Virus record (IMG/VR): IMGVR_UViG_3300032268_001411
Span: 1 to 64,000 of that record
Length of the DNA: 64,000 bases
Reading direction: 5' to 3' (one strand)
Source: a virus
In this document: in pieces, positions 30,128 through 40,122 of the stretch
Numbering within the stretch: the first letter of the stretch is position 1
How the letters are laid out: every line of letters begins with the position of its first letter
Position numbers and translations under genes: made by a program
The notes under the pieces: generated by a model
Database searches by the model: none
Told to the model about the DNA's origin: nothing
The model's input: the letters and a program-made list of their open reading frames with translations, nothing else

Positions 30128-30608
30128 TTATTATAAACTCAAATCCCTTTCTTTGGCAATAGTCAATCATATAACTCCATTTACTTAAATTTTTGTTATA
30201 CATTTTCAGTGCATATTCAAAGTTCTTCAACTGTTTAGCACTTGGATTCGGTTTTAATACTGGCTCAACTGTTTCTGAGTATGGCTTTACCTCAGCTACA
30301 ACTTTTGAGATAGATCCATCCTCTCTTTTTAATTCATAATAAAAATCTGGATAGTATGTGTGATCAGTTGTTTTATATTCTTGTGATTCTGAAACCCATT
30401 CAGTTTTAGAGTAGGGTATTTTAAGATGTTCCGCTGCCCAATTTATAATCTTAGAATTGTTATCTAAGTAAATCATCATTTTCTGTTCCAAACCAGAACG
30501 ATAATATAGACCACCTTGAGAATTTAGTTTTATTACTTTATCTTTATTTACTGGTGTAAATAAACCCTGGTGGTACCTGTTTGATTGTTTCGGAGCGCTA
30601 TTCAACAT
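30099..30608 (-). CDS. gp4-like head completion nuclease (TnsA-type PD-(D/E)xK)
   Basis: YRSGLE...WAAEHLKIPY...YYPDFY...EVKP...KW...FIIITE. Confidence 0.85.
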   Translation of the reverse strand: MLNSAPKQSNRYHQGLFTPVNKDKVIKLNSQGGLYYRSGLEQKMMIYLDNNSKIINWAAEHLKIPYSKTEWVSESQEYKTTDHTYYPDFYYELKREDGSISKVVAEVKPYSETVEPVLKPNPSAKQLKNFEYALKMYNKNLSKWSYMIDYCQRKGFEFIIITEKILGTK

Positions 30609-30654
30609 ATTTCAGTATCTATTTTTAAATATATATCTAAAAAATAGGTTTCGA

Positions 30655-31344
30655 ATGGGAGAATTATTAGAAAGATCAAAACTTGGTGAATTGGTATATG
30701 GTGCTGGACTATTGGAAAACTACAAAAATAATTCACTATATTTTTTTAGCAAGTTCAAGGAGTCCGATAAATTTGTGACTAGTATCAATCCGAAGAATAT
30801 TCAACCAGGCGGGTTTTATTTCTTTCATTACAAGGATGACTCGAATTGGATGAAGTACTCACCATTATTTGTAATTGATTTTAAGAAATTTAGCAATATA
30901 CTTCTGGTATATGCCATAAATCTAAACTTCTTACCAATTGAGCTAAGATTTACTATATTTGATAAATTCATAACCGAAGACGATTTAGATAAAGATAGAC
31001 TTCTTGATGTTGATTTTGACGGTGTTTATAAGGAACTAAGAAGTTTGGGATTTGAATACGCAATAGTGGAGTACAATTTTGCACAAATCAAACTCTGTCA
31101 TAAAATAAATATGGAACTTAGTCCAAGATTCCTATACTCCGGACATCCAATCAATAAATATGATCCAAAAAAACTATATTCAATTTGGCAAGCTAAACTC
31201 GAACACAGGACTGAGAGAGATAGCGAGATGTCCACATTGCTTGTCAATGATTTTCTAAAAATGAAAGACGAAGCCTATCAGGAGTTATCAGCACTCAAAG
31301 GACACGTAGAAAGATTGAGAAGATCAATTAGTAAATATGGATAA
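30655..31344 (+). CDS. gp2-like DNA end protector
   Basis: PGGFYFFHY...SPLF...AINLNFLP resembles the gp2 family; divergent from the gp4-like gene. Confidence 0.6.
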   Translation: MGELLERSKLGELVYGAGLLENYKNNSLYFFSKFKESDKFVTSINPKNIQPGGFYFFHYKDDSNWMKYSPLFVIDFKKFSNILLVYAINLNFLPIELRFTIFDKFITEDDLDKDRLLDVDFDGVYKELRSLGFEYAIVEYNFAQIKLCHKINMELSPRFLYSGHPINKYDPKKLYSIWQAKLEHRTERDSEMSTLLVNDFLKMKDEAYQELSALKGHVERLRRSISKYG

Positions 31345-31396
31345 AAATAGTGAAAAATATAGAAATGGGACAGGTATATTTTATATATAGTCAAGT

Positions 31397-31552
31397 ATGA
31401 AAGCTAAAGAAGTTTTAGAAAAATATAAAATTACCAGAAGAACCCTTACAAATTGGGTTAAAAGAGGTGTAATTAAAGTCGAGAAAACACCATCTGGTAG
31501 ATATATCTACTTTGATGGAGTAGATAATATTGGAAAAATTGAATCAGAATAA
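31397..31552 (+). CDS. Small MerR/Xis-type HTH protein (51 aa)
   Basis: Manual translation: MKAKEVLEKYKITRRTLTNWVKRGVIKVEKTPSGRYIYFDGVDNIGKIESE. Confidence 0.7.
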   Translation: MKAKEVLEKYKITRRTLTNWVKRGVIKVEKTPSGRYIYFDGVDNIGKIESE

Positions 31553-31555
31553 AAT

Positions 31556-33307
31556 ATGGCAGGAAGTTATAACCCACTAAATAATAGAAGTGAGATTGGA
31601 TATGTATCCTCAGCAGTAGAAAACAAGGGATTGTTTAATAGGCTTCTTAGAAGTCTATCGAATTTTGGGATGAAATATGATGATATGTTGATGCGTAATA
31701 CAGTCGGGGTCGGGATAAATGAGGATCCTTATTCGCAAAAGGGCAATTCAATGCTGGATTTTTTCTCACAACGCGCAGTTGCTTCAGTTTTGAATAGAAA
31801 ATCAATACCTTACTTAGATAGATCCTATGCAGACAAGAGAAGAATTCTTAGAGAATACTCTATAAAAGATGAGTTAAGAGATTTTGTTTCGAGAATATCG
31901 GATGAATCTATTATTTATAGCGAAGGTGATTTTTGCTCAGTCAAGCCACTATCAAATGATTACTCACAAGATATTCGTGATAAATATTCAGAATATTTTG
32001 AGATAATTTATAATCGTTATGGATTTGGAGATAATATTACTGCTTGGAATATGATGAAAGATTTTCTCATTGATGGATATGTGGCGATTGAAATAGTTTG
32101 GGATGATAAAAAGAAAAATATAATTGGTTTTAATAGATTAAGACCAGAAACTTTAGTGCCTGGGGGTGAACCAGCTATCGGTACAATTTGGATACAATAT
32201 CCAGAAGATCCACAATTGAGAAGAATTTTCTTAGACTCTCAAATAGTATTCATTTCATATTCTACTCAAAATGATTATTCCGAGACATCATATCTTGAGG
32301 GATTGATAAAGCCTTATAATCAATTAAAGATTATGGAGCAAACAAGAATAATGTTTAATATTGTAAATGCATCAGTTTATCAGAAGTTCACTGTGCCCAT
32401 TAAAGGTTTACCAAGACAGAGAGCTGAAGAACAGGTTGCTCAATTGATTGCTGATTATTCTGAAGAAATCGAATGGGATGACACACTTGGAACAGTTACT
32501 GTCAATGGTAGAAAACATCTACCCTATAATAAACAAATATGGTTTCCAGAAGGTGATGCTGGTACACCAAATATGACACTAGAATCACCTCAGGGTCATA
32601 ATTTAAATGAAAATGATATGTTGACTTGGTTCTTCAACATCTTAAAAAGAGCATCAAAAATACCAATGCAAAGATTTGATAAAGACGGATCTACAGGCGG
32701 TGGAACCGTTTTTGACGATGCCGCTTCTATGACAAGAGATGAGGTCACATTTGCAAATTTTGTAAATCGTTTAAGAGCTAACTACAAAGAATTAATAGTT
32801 AAACCCCTTAAACTTCAGATGTTGATGGAATTCCCTGAGTTAAGAGAGGATGAAATATTTCTTAACCAAGTTGATGTTTTATTTTATTCACATCAGTTAT
32901 TCGAAGAATGGAAAAAAACAGGTATTATGGAAAAAAGAGCTGGTATACTAAGTACACTTTTAGGTATTCAAACCGCAGATGGGCAACCATATTTTCACAT
33001 TGATTACCTTATCGATAAAATTATGAAATTAACACCAGAAGAGAAAGAAGAAAACCAATCTTATTGGCTTAAATCTAAGGCAGGAGGTGGATCGGCTGAG
33101 GGTGCAGAAGGTGGTGATATGGGAGCAGAAGGTGGTGATATGGGTGGTGGCGATATGGGTGCTGGTGATATGGGTGCTGAATCTGGAGCAGCACAAGGCG
33201 GTGCACAAGCCGGTGGAGCTCAGGCAGGGGCTCAGGCAGGCGGAGCACAGGCAGGTGGTGCTCAAGCAGGTGGTGAATCCGGTGGTGGGGGAGAATTTGA
33301 ATTTTAA
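31556..33307 (+). CDS. Portal protein (gp20-like)
   Basis: FLIDGY, SYLEGLIKPYNQLKIME, LPRQRAEE, IWFP, ASKIPMQRF, TRDEVTFANFVNRLR; Gly-rich C-tail. Confidence 0.92.
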   Translation: MAGSYNPLNNRSEIGYVSSAVENKGLFNRLLRSLSNFGMKYDDMLMRNTVGVGINEDPYSQKGNSMLDFFSQRAVASVLNRKSIPYLDRSYADKRRILREYSIKDELRDFVSRISDESIIYSEGDFCSVKPLSNDYSQDIRDKYSEYFEIIYNRYGFGDNITAWNMMKDFLIDGYVAIEIVWDDKKKNIIGFNRLRPETLVPGGEPAIGTIWIQYPEDPQLRRIFLDSQIVFISYSTQNDYSETSYLEGLIKPYNQLKIMEQTRIMFNIVNASVYQKFTVPIKGLPRQRAEEQVAQLIADYSEEIEWDDTLGTVTVNGRKHLPYNKQIWFPEGDAGTPNMTLESPQGHNLNENDMLTWFFNILKRASKIPMQRFDKDGSTGGGTVFDDAASMTRDEVTFANFVNRLRANYKELIVKPLKLQMLMEFPELREDEIFLNQVDVLFYSHQLFEEWKKTGIMEKRAGILSTLLGIQTADGQPYFHIDYLIDKIMKLTPEEKEENQSYWLKSKAGGGSAEGAEGGDMGAEGGDMGGGDMGAGDMGAESGAAQGGAQAGGAQAGAQAGGAQAGGAQAGGESGGGGEFEF

Positions 33308-33313
33308 TCAAAA

Positions 33314-33347
33314 TAAAAAAGGGAAAAATTAATTTTTTTCCCTTTTT
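33314..33347. terminator. Bidirectional terminator
   Basis: aaaaagggaaaaa...tttttcccttttt. Confidence 0.65.
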
Positions 33348-33739
33348 CTTTTTTCTATTATTTCCTTTGATTTTGAAGGGTTATCAACACCCCACTTTTC
33401 AATCATGGTTTCTTTTATTTTATTTTTTATTTTTTTACTTTGTATTGGATATTCAACTCCATGATTTTCTACCAAAGTTTCTTTTCTTTTCTTCTCGGAA
33501 CATTTTCTACAAAAGTAATCACCCCAACGATTTCCATATTTGACATAGTTTTTGAAAATAACTTCTTTAACTACACCACATTTATCACATTTACAATTTA
33601 TTTTATAATGACTACCCGAAGTTAATAATTCTATTGGTATAACTAAATTTTCACCAAGAGTTACATCGTAACCAAGTTCTTCATAATATCCGAAATTTGA
33701 TTCGGTTATTTTTACCAATATTTCTCTCGTTAGTATCAT
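33329..33739 (-). CDS. Nuclease-less fragment of the Hef-like family (Zn finger + KxGV repeats only)
   Basis: Similar to the N-terminus of 27101..28888 (GYD...LTSGS...CDKCG...CRKC...HGVEYP, WGVDNP). Confidence 0.65.
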   Translation of the reverse strand: MILTREILVKITESNFGYYEELGYDVTLGENLVIPIELLTSGSHYKINCKCDKCGVVKEVIFKNYVKYGNRWGDYFCRKCSEKKRKETLVENHGVEYPIQSKKIKNKIKETMIEKWGVDNPSKSKEIIEKRKREKN

Positions 33740-34215
33740 TTTTTTAATGAGTAGTGATAGGATTCTGTCCCACTTATAAACTTTACATTTAGATCTATAT
33801 CAAATGTAATGATTTTTTCTTCTGAGTTATATATGGGAACAAGCTCTAGCTCTAACTCATCCTTTTTCAAATTTTGTAGTGGTCTCCCAATTGCAGTATT
33901 CAATATTTTTATACCTGCCCAAAATTCACCATCCTCAAAAGATATTTCAGTTATAACGTGAGAAGCATAATATTGACTTATATCATTTCTTGTACCAGAA
34001 CCTTGATAAGTTGAACCATAACGTGTATTATCTATTGAAATCGAACCGAGTCTTTGAAATTTATCTTCACCACTTACATTTTCTTCTAAAGAAAAAATTT
34101 CATTTATAAACTCATCTCTCCTTAACATTATAGCAACTTCATTAGAATAATTTCTAATGAATTCCCACATATCTGATTCGAAATTTTCTCCGGTTTGTCT
34201 AATTTTTATTTTCAT
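33736..34215 (-). CDS. Degenerate prohead-protease paralogue lacking catalytic His/Ser
   Basis: ASHVITEI...IKILNTAIG...ITFDID aligns by eye to ASHIIRG...IKLLNTYWG...FTYDIV of 35999..38179; GEFDHP and VSSR motifs are absent. Confidence 0.55.
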   Translation of the reverse strand: MKIKIRQTGENFESDMWEFIRNYSNEVAIMLRRDEFINEIFSLEENVSGEDKFQRLGSISIDNTRYGSTYQGSGTRNDISQYYASHVITEISFEDGEFWAGIKILNTAIGRPLQNLKKDELELELVPIYNSEEKIITFDIDLNVKFISGTESYHYSLKK

Positions 34216-34216
34216 T

Positions 34217-35845
34217 TTATAAATTTAATTCCCACTTAATTTTACCACAGTCCCAAATTTTTGGTATCTCTAATTTCGATTCTGATATTCCAGTTACAGA
34301 TTTCTTAAAATTAGATTTGTGTACTCTCCTTTCACCTACTACATATTTATAATCCGGTTCACTTTCACTCACTTTCTCAAAATTTAACTTCTGATATAAA
34401 TTTCCTCTACTCCAATCTTTGTCTGCATAACTAATTATTCGTTTTGGTTTCAAATTATCTAAAAAAAATTTCAAAAGTTTAGAAGCCCCACCAATTATAT
34501 TATGTTCCAATTTATTACAAAATCTATTCAGATTCCACTCGTACTGAGACATTTTCTTACGACCTTCCCATTTATCAAATGTCATCAAAGAAACTAATTC
34601 TTCATTGTAAAATAAACCTAATTTGATATTTGAATTAACATGACCTTGAATGTGATTATTATTCAAAAATTCTCTAACTAATGTAATATCCTTTATTTCA
34701 ACAACCTTACACTTTCTAGCGAATATTTTTTTGTTGATTCCAATCAAACTTTTTATTTGACTTTTGATAATTTCACCCTTTTGTTTCCAATCATCCTCCC
34801 AAATATGAATCAATCTTATTCCATTTTTTTCAAAAAAATTTGATTTATTAAGATGAAAACTTTTATCTTTATATCTATCTGAATGCCAATAAATACCATT
34901 CATTTCGAACCCTAATTTTAATTCTGGTAAATAAATGTCTATTTCTGCCCTATCTATTTTAAAATTTTGAATTATTTCACCATTGTAAATTGATTTGATA
35001 TAATTAAAGAGTTTGATTTCTTGTCCAGATTGATTCTTACCTATTGGGTTACAAACGGTACATATTTCAGTGTTAGTTTCTCTTCTTTTATAGAAGAGAA
35101 CTCTATTAATCGAATATTTTGAATTGCAACTATTGCAAAAAATATTATAAAATTCATTTTCTATTGATATCAATTTATCAATTTTTTCAAAGGATTTTTT
35201 TGATAGTGTATTTTTTAATGAGGTTTTTATTTTATCAATTACAAATTCATTTTTTGACGGTGCTTCACTCCCCCATTTTTCTATATTTTTTTTGATACTT
35301 TTTTCTTTGAAATAAACTGATTGAAATAAATAATCACATCCATATTTTACTCTATTGGAGTTAATTTGATTTTTTTTGAAATCATCTGACCTGAATATAT
35401 AATCTACACCATTATTTCTTATTGATGTTTTAACCTTTTTAATCTCAATTGAATTTAATTGTGACACATTTTCAACACCCCATTTTATTTTATTAGTTTC
35501 AATTCTTTTTCTATTTACTTCTTCTTTATCTAATTTAGAAAAACTCTCTTTTATTTTTTCTTTTACTTTTTCTGACTGTGAAATAAATTCAACGCCAAAC
35601 TTTTCTAAATTAGTCTTTTTAGTTTTTTCTTTGGTAGATTCTAACTGAAAAACATTTTCGACTCCATACTTCTCTAAGTTATTCTTTTTTAGTTTACATT
35701 TTCTACATAAATATTCACCATCTATATATCCATAAGAAGTATAGAGTTTGAACTCTAAGCTCTTTTCTATCTCACAAATATCACACTTCACCTCAATTTC
35801 TTTTTTACTCCACTTTCCTAAACCACCTATATCACTTAGAATCAT
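34217..35845 (-). CDS. Hef-like endonuclease + Mom-like GNAT fusion
   Basis: KYGVENV repeats; EIDIYLPELKLGFEMNGIYWHS; FARKC...NRFC...IISYADKDWSRG. Confidence 0.75.
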   Translation of the reverse strand: MILSDIGGLGKWSKKEIEVKCDICEIEKSLEFKLYTSYGYIDGEYLCRKCKLKKNNLEKYGVENVFQLESTKEKTKKTNLEKFGVEFISQSEKVKEKIKESFSKLDKEEVNRKRIETNKIKWGVENVSQLNSIEIKKVKTSIRNNGVDYIFRSDDFKKNQINSNRVKYGCDYLFQSVYFKEKSIKKNIEKWGSEAPSKNEFVIDKIKTSLKNTLSKKSFEKIDKLISIENEFYNIFCNSCNSKYSINRVLFYKRRETNTEICTVCNPIGKNQSGQEIKLFNYIKSIYNGEIIQNFKIDRAEIDIYLPELKLGFEMNGIYWHSDRYKDKSFHLNKSNFFEKNGIRLIHIWEDDWKQKGEIIKSQIKSLIGINKKIFARKCKVVEIKDITLVREFLNNNHIQGHVNSNIKLGLFYNEELVSLMTFDKWEGRKKMSQYEWNLNRFCNKLEHNIIGGASKLLKFFLDNLKPKRIISYADKDWSRGNLYQKLNFEKVSESEPDYKYVVGERRVHKSNFKKSVTGISESKLEIPKIWDCGKIKWELNL

Positions 35846-35998
35846 AAGACTGAATTATTTTTATCAAATTAACCATACACTATATATAAAAATAAATCAT
35901 TTGTTTCATTGGTATTTTATTTATCCATAAAAAATCCACCTTTATTTTTTTTCGGTTTTTTACATTATATATACAAATATAAAAATAATTATGCCTTA

Positions 35999-38179
35999 AT
36001 GAAACCAATATTAATTGTTGAAAACAACGCAAATCCCTTAAAGGAAAACGTTAGAATTTCAGGTGGTAAGAAAGATTATGTTTTGGGTGGTATTTTCACT
36101 GAATTTGATGTAAAAAATCGAAATGAGAGAATTTATACTGCTTCAAAATTTCTTCCATGCCTAAATGAATTGAATGAACGTATTCAGACTATGGGTGTGG
36201 TTTATGGTGAATTCGATCATCCCGACGTCTTCGACACATCACTATCACGTGCTTCTCACATTATTAGAGGAGCAAAATACATCAAAGAATCTAACCGTGT
36301 TGAAGGTGAGATTAAATTATTGAATACTTACTGGGGTAAAGAAGCCAAATCACTAGTTGATGATGGTTGTCCAGTATTTGTATCTTCAAGAGCTGCTGGT
36401 GTAACGGAATCAGATGGAACAGTAACACTTAAGAAGTTATTTACCTATGATATTGTTGCTGATCCTGGATTTGGATCTGCTAGAATGAAATCTATTAATG
36501 AATCCTTTGGATTTTCTAATAAATCTAACTTTAGGATATATGAAATGTCCGACGAGTCTAAAATCAATGATCTTTTCAATATGAATAACAAAGACTATGT
36601 TACTAAGCAACAGTTGTCTGACTATTCTAAGTATTTAGTGAATGAAATCGCTTCTACGAAGAAAGCTGCACAATCAGCTCTAAAGACTGGTAACTTAAAT
36701 CCAAGAAAATTAGAGCAATTACTTGAGTACTATGAAGAACTCAATAAAACTAATTCTCAAATGGTCAAATATCTTGACTACCTAGCAGAAAAAGTACAAG
36801 TAGTTGTAAATGAAAACAAATCACTTAAGACTACAACTAAAAAACTAATTTCTCACAACGACTATTTAGCTGAGAACCTCGAAAAGGCTATTAATTATTC
36901 TGAATATGTTGCTGAAAATGTAGATAAGAATATTTCTTACACTAAATATTTGGCTGAAAACCTTGATAAGAATATTTCTTACTCTGAATATGTAGCTGAG
37001 AATGTTGATAAAAACATTGAATATTCTAACTACTTGGCAGAAAATCTTGACAAGAACATTGCTTACTCTGAATACGTAGCTGAAAACTTAGATAAGAACA
37101 TTGCTTACTCTGAATATATTGCAGAAAATCTCGACAAAAACATTGCTTACTCTGAGTATATCGCAGAAAACTTGGATAAGAACATTGCTTACTCTGAGTA
37201 CATCGCAGAAAATCTTGACAAGAACATTGCTTACTCTGAATATATTGCAGAAAACTTAGATTCATCAATTGCTTACTCTGAATACTTGGCTGAGCATGTT
37301 GAAGGTAACATTGCTTACTCTGAATACATCGCTGAGCACCTTGATGATAACATCGCTTATTCTGAATACCTAGCTGAGAACTTGGATAAAACAGTTTCTT
37401 ATGCTGGAATGATTACTGAAAAAATGAATAGAGGTGGTAGACTATTTGAGAGTAACGCTTATGGTAGCGATATGATGCCAACTTTATCTGAAGTAGGTTT
37501 CGAGGAAATCGAAGATGAAAAATACGAAGAGGAAGAAGAGGGTGATGATGATACATATATGATGATGCAACATCCTAAGAAATCTATGTATATGGGAATG
37601 GAAAATTCTATGGACATGGAAGCTGAAGAAAGCGAAGAAGACAAAGAAGCCTATGTAGGCGAATCTGATACTGAACTATCAAAACAAATAGATAAACTTA
37701 TTGAAGAAGCTAGAAAACGTAAAGTTTCTGAAACAAATGATTTAAATTTTTTGAAGTTTTTGAATAAGTCTCAAGTGAATAGTTATTATAACTTAACAAA
37801 TGAGGAACAAGAACAAGTAAAGCTTTACATAAACGAAAGAAGTTATTTTACTGGTAAAGAAGTTCTAAATTTAATTCAAGAGTCTCTTTCAGTAAAGAAC
37901 GAATCACTAGAAGAAAAAATGATTAGATTGATGCCTGATAACGTTAAGACAGTTTGGTCAGAATTGAGTGATTCAAGTAAAAAATCAATCCTTTCACAAG
38001 CAAGACTCTACCCAGATTTAACAAATGAGAGCAAAATTGAGAATTTCTGGATGACAAGAAGTTTGCTTAAAAAACAAACACCTACTAAGAAATTAGTAAG
38101 CCATACTTCCCTAATTCAAGAAGATAAATTATCTGATAATGAAATGAAAGGAATTTTGGAAAGATTTAAAAATCTCTAA
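35999..38179 (+). CDS. Prohead protease (gp21-like) fused to a repetitive scaffold region
   Basis: KNRNERIY, GEFDHP, VSSRAAG, TYDIVADPG; then 13 x 14-aa repeats and an acidic linker; ATG at 35999. Confidence 0.9.
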   Translation: MKPILIVENNANPLKENVRISGGKKDYVLGGIFTEFDVKNRNERIYTASKFLPCLNELNERIQTMGVVYGEFDHPDVFDTSLSRASHIIRGAKYIKESNRVEGEIKLLNTYWGKEAKSLVDDGCPVFVSSRAAGVTESDGTVTLKKLFTYDIVADPGFGSARMKSINESFGFSNKSNFRIYEMSDESKINDLFNMNNKDYVTKQQLSDYSKYLVNEIASTKKAAQSALKTGNLNPRKLEQLLEYYEELNKTNSQMVKYLDYLAEKVQVVVNENKSLKTTTKKLISHNDYLAENLEKAINYSEYVAENVDKNISYTKYLAENLDKNISYSEYVAENVDKNIEYSNYLAENLDKNIAYSEYVAENLDKNIAYSEYIAENLDKNIAYSEYIAENLDKNIAYSEYIAENLDKNIAYSEYIAENLDSSIAYSEYLAEHVEGNIAYSEYIAEHLDDNIAYSEYLAENLDKTVSYAGMITEKMNRGGRLFESNAYGSDMMPTLSEVGFEEIEDEKYEEEEEGDDDTYMMMQHPKKSMYMGMENSMDMEAEESEEDKEAYVGESDTELSKQIDKLIEEARKRKVSETNDLNFLKFLNKSQVNSYYNLTNEEQEQVKLYINERSYFTGKEVLNLIQESLSVKNESLEEKMIRLMPDNVKTVWSELSDSSKKSILSQARLYPDLTNESKIENFWMTRSLLKKQTPTKKLVSHTSLIQEDKLSDNEMKGILERFKNL
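36869..37414 (+). repeat. 13 x 42-nt coding repeat (AENLDKNIAYSEYI)
   Basis: Counted directly in protein and DNA. Confidence 0.95.
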
Positions 38180-38257
38180 TCTATAAAAAATCCACGTTTA
38201 AAATTTATTAAATTTTTGGGGTTATATATAGATAAAATAAAAAAAAACAAATTAATT

Positions 38258-40024
38258 ATGTCACACATTAGAATAGACAAACAAAAAGCACTTAAAAAAT
38301 GGGCTCCTGTATTGGAGAACATGGGTGTTGTAAGCGAAGACAGACTTGACTGGATGTCTGAGTATGCTGAATTCCACACAATCAACGAAAACGCATACGT
38401 AAATGCAGCTAATGCTGGTATGGGTGCTGTAAGTTCACCACAACCATCTCTTTATGCTGGTTCAAACAACTACGCTGGTGGTAGTATCGCTGCTGGTAAT
38501 GCATTAAATAACTTTGGTAATATTGGATCTGGTGATTTGGGTCAAAACCTACTTCCAGTAGCAATGAAGATCGCAGCTCAAACAATTGGTTTGGATCTAG
38601 TATCTGTAAAACCATCTCCGGGTCCGAAATTAGACCTTCTTTATATTGACTTCCAATATGATGATGTTGATACAAATCAAGGCCGTCCATTAGTTTTTAA
38701 AGTTAACTCTGGTGTTAATAACACTGCAGTAAATGCCGCTATTAGAGCGTTGAGTGGATATAGCACTAACATTTTAGAATCAGTTGGTGGTATTCAATCA
38801 GCATTGAGTTCAGGTTCTCCTTACCATGTTTATGTTTCTTTAAATGCAACTGGAAATAGTGGACTCGGTGCTATCGGTGTAGTTCAACTTTCAACTACTA
38901 CAGGTTTGTCTGATAAAGAGGGTATTGCTGAATTTCTTGGTTTCTCTCGTATTGACGGTTATCCAATCTTCAGAGCGTTCAGACAAGCAAATGCTGTTGG
39001 AAATATGACACTAACTTCGCCATACGCTGCACCTTATCAATACGAACCAAGTCTTAACACTTTCAATCCAACTGGATCAATTGCTGGTCAAATTAACTTG
39101 ATTGCTGGTGTAACAGTTTCAGCTGTTGTTGAATTAGTATCAGCTTTAGAAGATCAACTTCCAGCTTTCTCTACTAACTTCACAGACAACTCTCAGAATG
39201 GTAGATATCCAATGAGCCGTTCTGAAGATGATTTAACTTACGCTGGTGTAATCGGACCAAAGATTTCTTCGAAATCAATTGCTGTTGGTACTATCGAAGT
39301 TTCTTCAGTATTGAGAAGAACTGAAATCGAAGACATTAAAGCTAACACAGGTATGGACATCGTTCAAAAAATGGAATCTATCCTTGTAAACGAATTGTCT
39401 CAGACAATCTCTAAACAAATCGTAGGTAAAGTATTTGAAATGGGTGATTTGAACAGAAATACTGCTCCACTTGGTGGAACTGGTTCTGGTGTTATTGCAA
39501 ATCAAACAGTTTTCGACTTAGATACTATTTACGCAGTAACTGGACCTGGTGGTGAAACTACTCACGCAGTACAACGTAAACTTATCACTAAGATGGTTCA
39601 CGCTTCTAACTATATCGCAACTGAAGGTCGTGTAGGTCCTGCTCAGTACGCTGTAACAAACGGAGCTTTGGCTGCATCACTTATGGACATCGCTGGTTAC
39701 ACTGTTAACCCAGTTAAATCTAAAATCAACGGTTCAGGTCAACTTTACCCTGTTGGACAGATTGGTGATATCCAAGTATATGTAGACCCATATATGAAGT
39801 ATAACGATAACAGAATCGTTTTAGGTAGAAAGAACAATCCTGATCAACCAGGTATTATCTTCGTACCTTACTTGATGGCTCAGTCAATCAGCCTTATTTC
39901 TGAAGCTACATTCGCACCAAGAATGTTGTTAAGAAGCCGTTATGCAGTCGCGGAAGTTGGTTGGTTCCCACAAAAACAGTATATGACTATTAAAGTGCAA
40001 GATGCTAATGGTTTCCTTAACTAA
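38258..40024 (+). CDS. Major capsid protein (gp23-like)
   Basis: KKWAPVLE, AAQTIGLDLVSVKP, VYVDPY, PGIIFVPY, TFAPRMLLRSRYA; follows the protease; strong terminator. Confidence 0.93.
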   Translation: MSHIRIDKQKALKKWAPVLENMGVVSEDRLDWMSEYAEFHTINENAYVNAANAGMGAVSSPQPSLYAGSNNYAGGSIAAGNALNNFGNIGSGDLGQNLLPVAMKIAAQTIGLDLVSVKPSPGPKLDLLYIDFQYDDVDTNQGRPLVFKVNSGVNNTAVNAAIRALSGYSTNILESVGGIQSALSSGSPYHVYVSLNATGNSGLGAIGVVQLSTTTGLSDKEGIAEFLGFSRIDGYPIFRAFRQANAVGNMTLTSPYAAPYQYEPSLNTFNPTGSIAGQINLIAGVTVSAVVELVSALEDQLPAFSTNFTDNSQNGRYPMSRSEDDLTYAGVIGPKISSKSIAVGTIEVSSVLRRTEIEDIKANTGMDIVQKMESILVNELSQTISKQIVGKVFEMGDLNRNTAPLGGTGSGVIANQTVFDLDTIYAVTGPGGETTHAVQRKLITKMVHASNYIATEGRVGPAQYAVTNGALAASLMDIAGYTVNPVKSKINGSGQLYPVGQIGDIQVYVDPYMKYNDNRIVLGRKNNPDQPGIIFVPYLMAQSISLISEATFAPRMLLRSRYAVAEVGWFPQKQYMTIKVQDANGFLN

Positions 40025-40045
40025 TCAGTTATATCCTATTCATAT

Positions 40046-40078
40046 AAAAGAGAGAACTTCGGTTCTCTCTTTTTTTTT
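40046..40078 (+). terminator. Intrinsic terminator with cUUCGg tetraloop
   Basis: aaaagagagaac-ttcg-gttctctcttttttttt. Confidence 0.9.
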
Positions 40079-40122
40079 ATTCAAAGGAGCAAACATTACT
40101 TTGACATATAAATATAATATAA

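Noticed and set aside
31397-31552. Intact IS607 element
   Set aside because: Only the HTH is present; no serine recombinase domain or TnpB follows.
36869-37414. 42-nt repeats as a CRISPR array
   Set aside because: The units are contiguous and in-frame, vary largely at synonymous sites and have no unique spacers.
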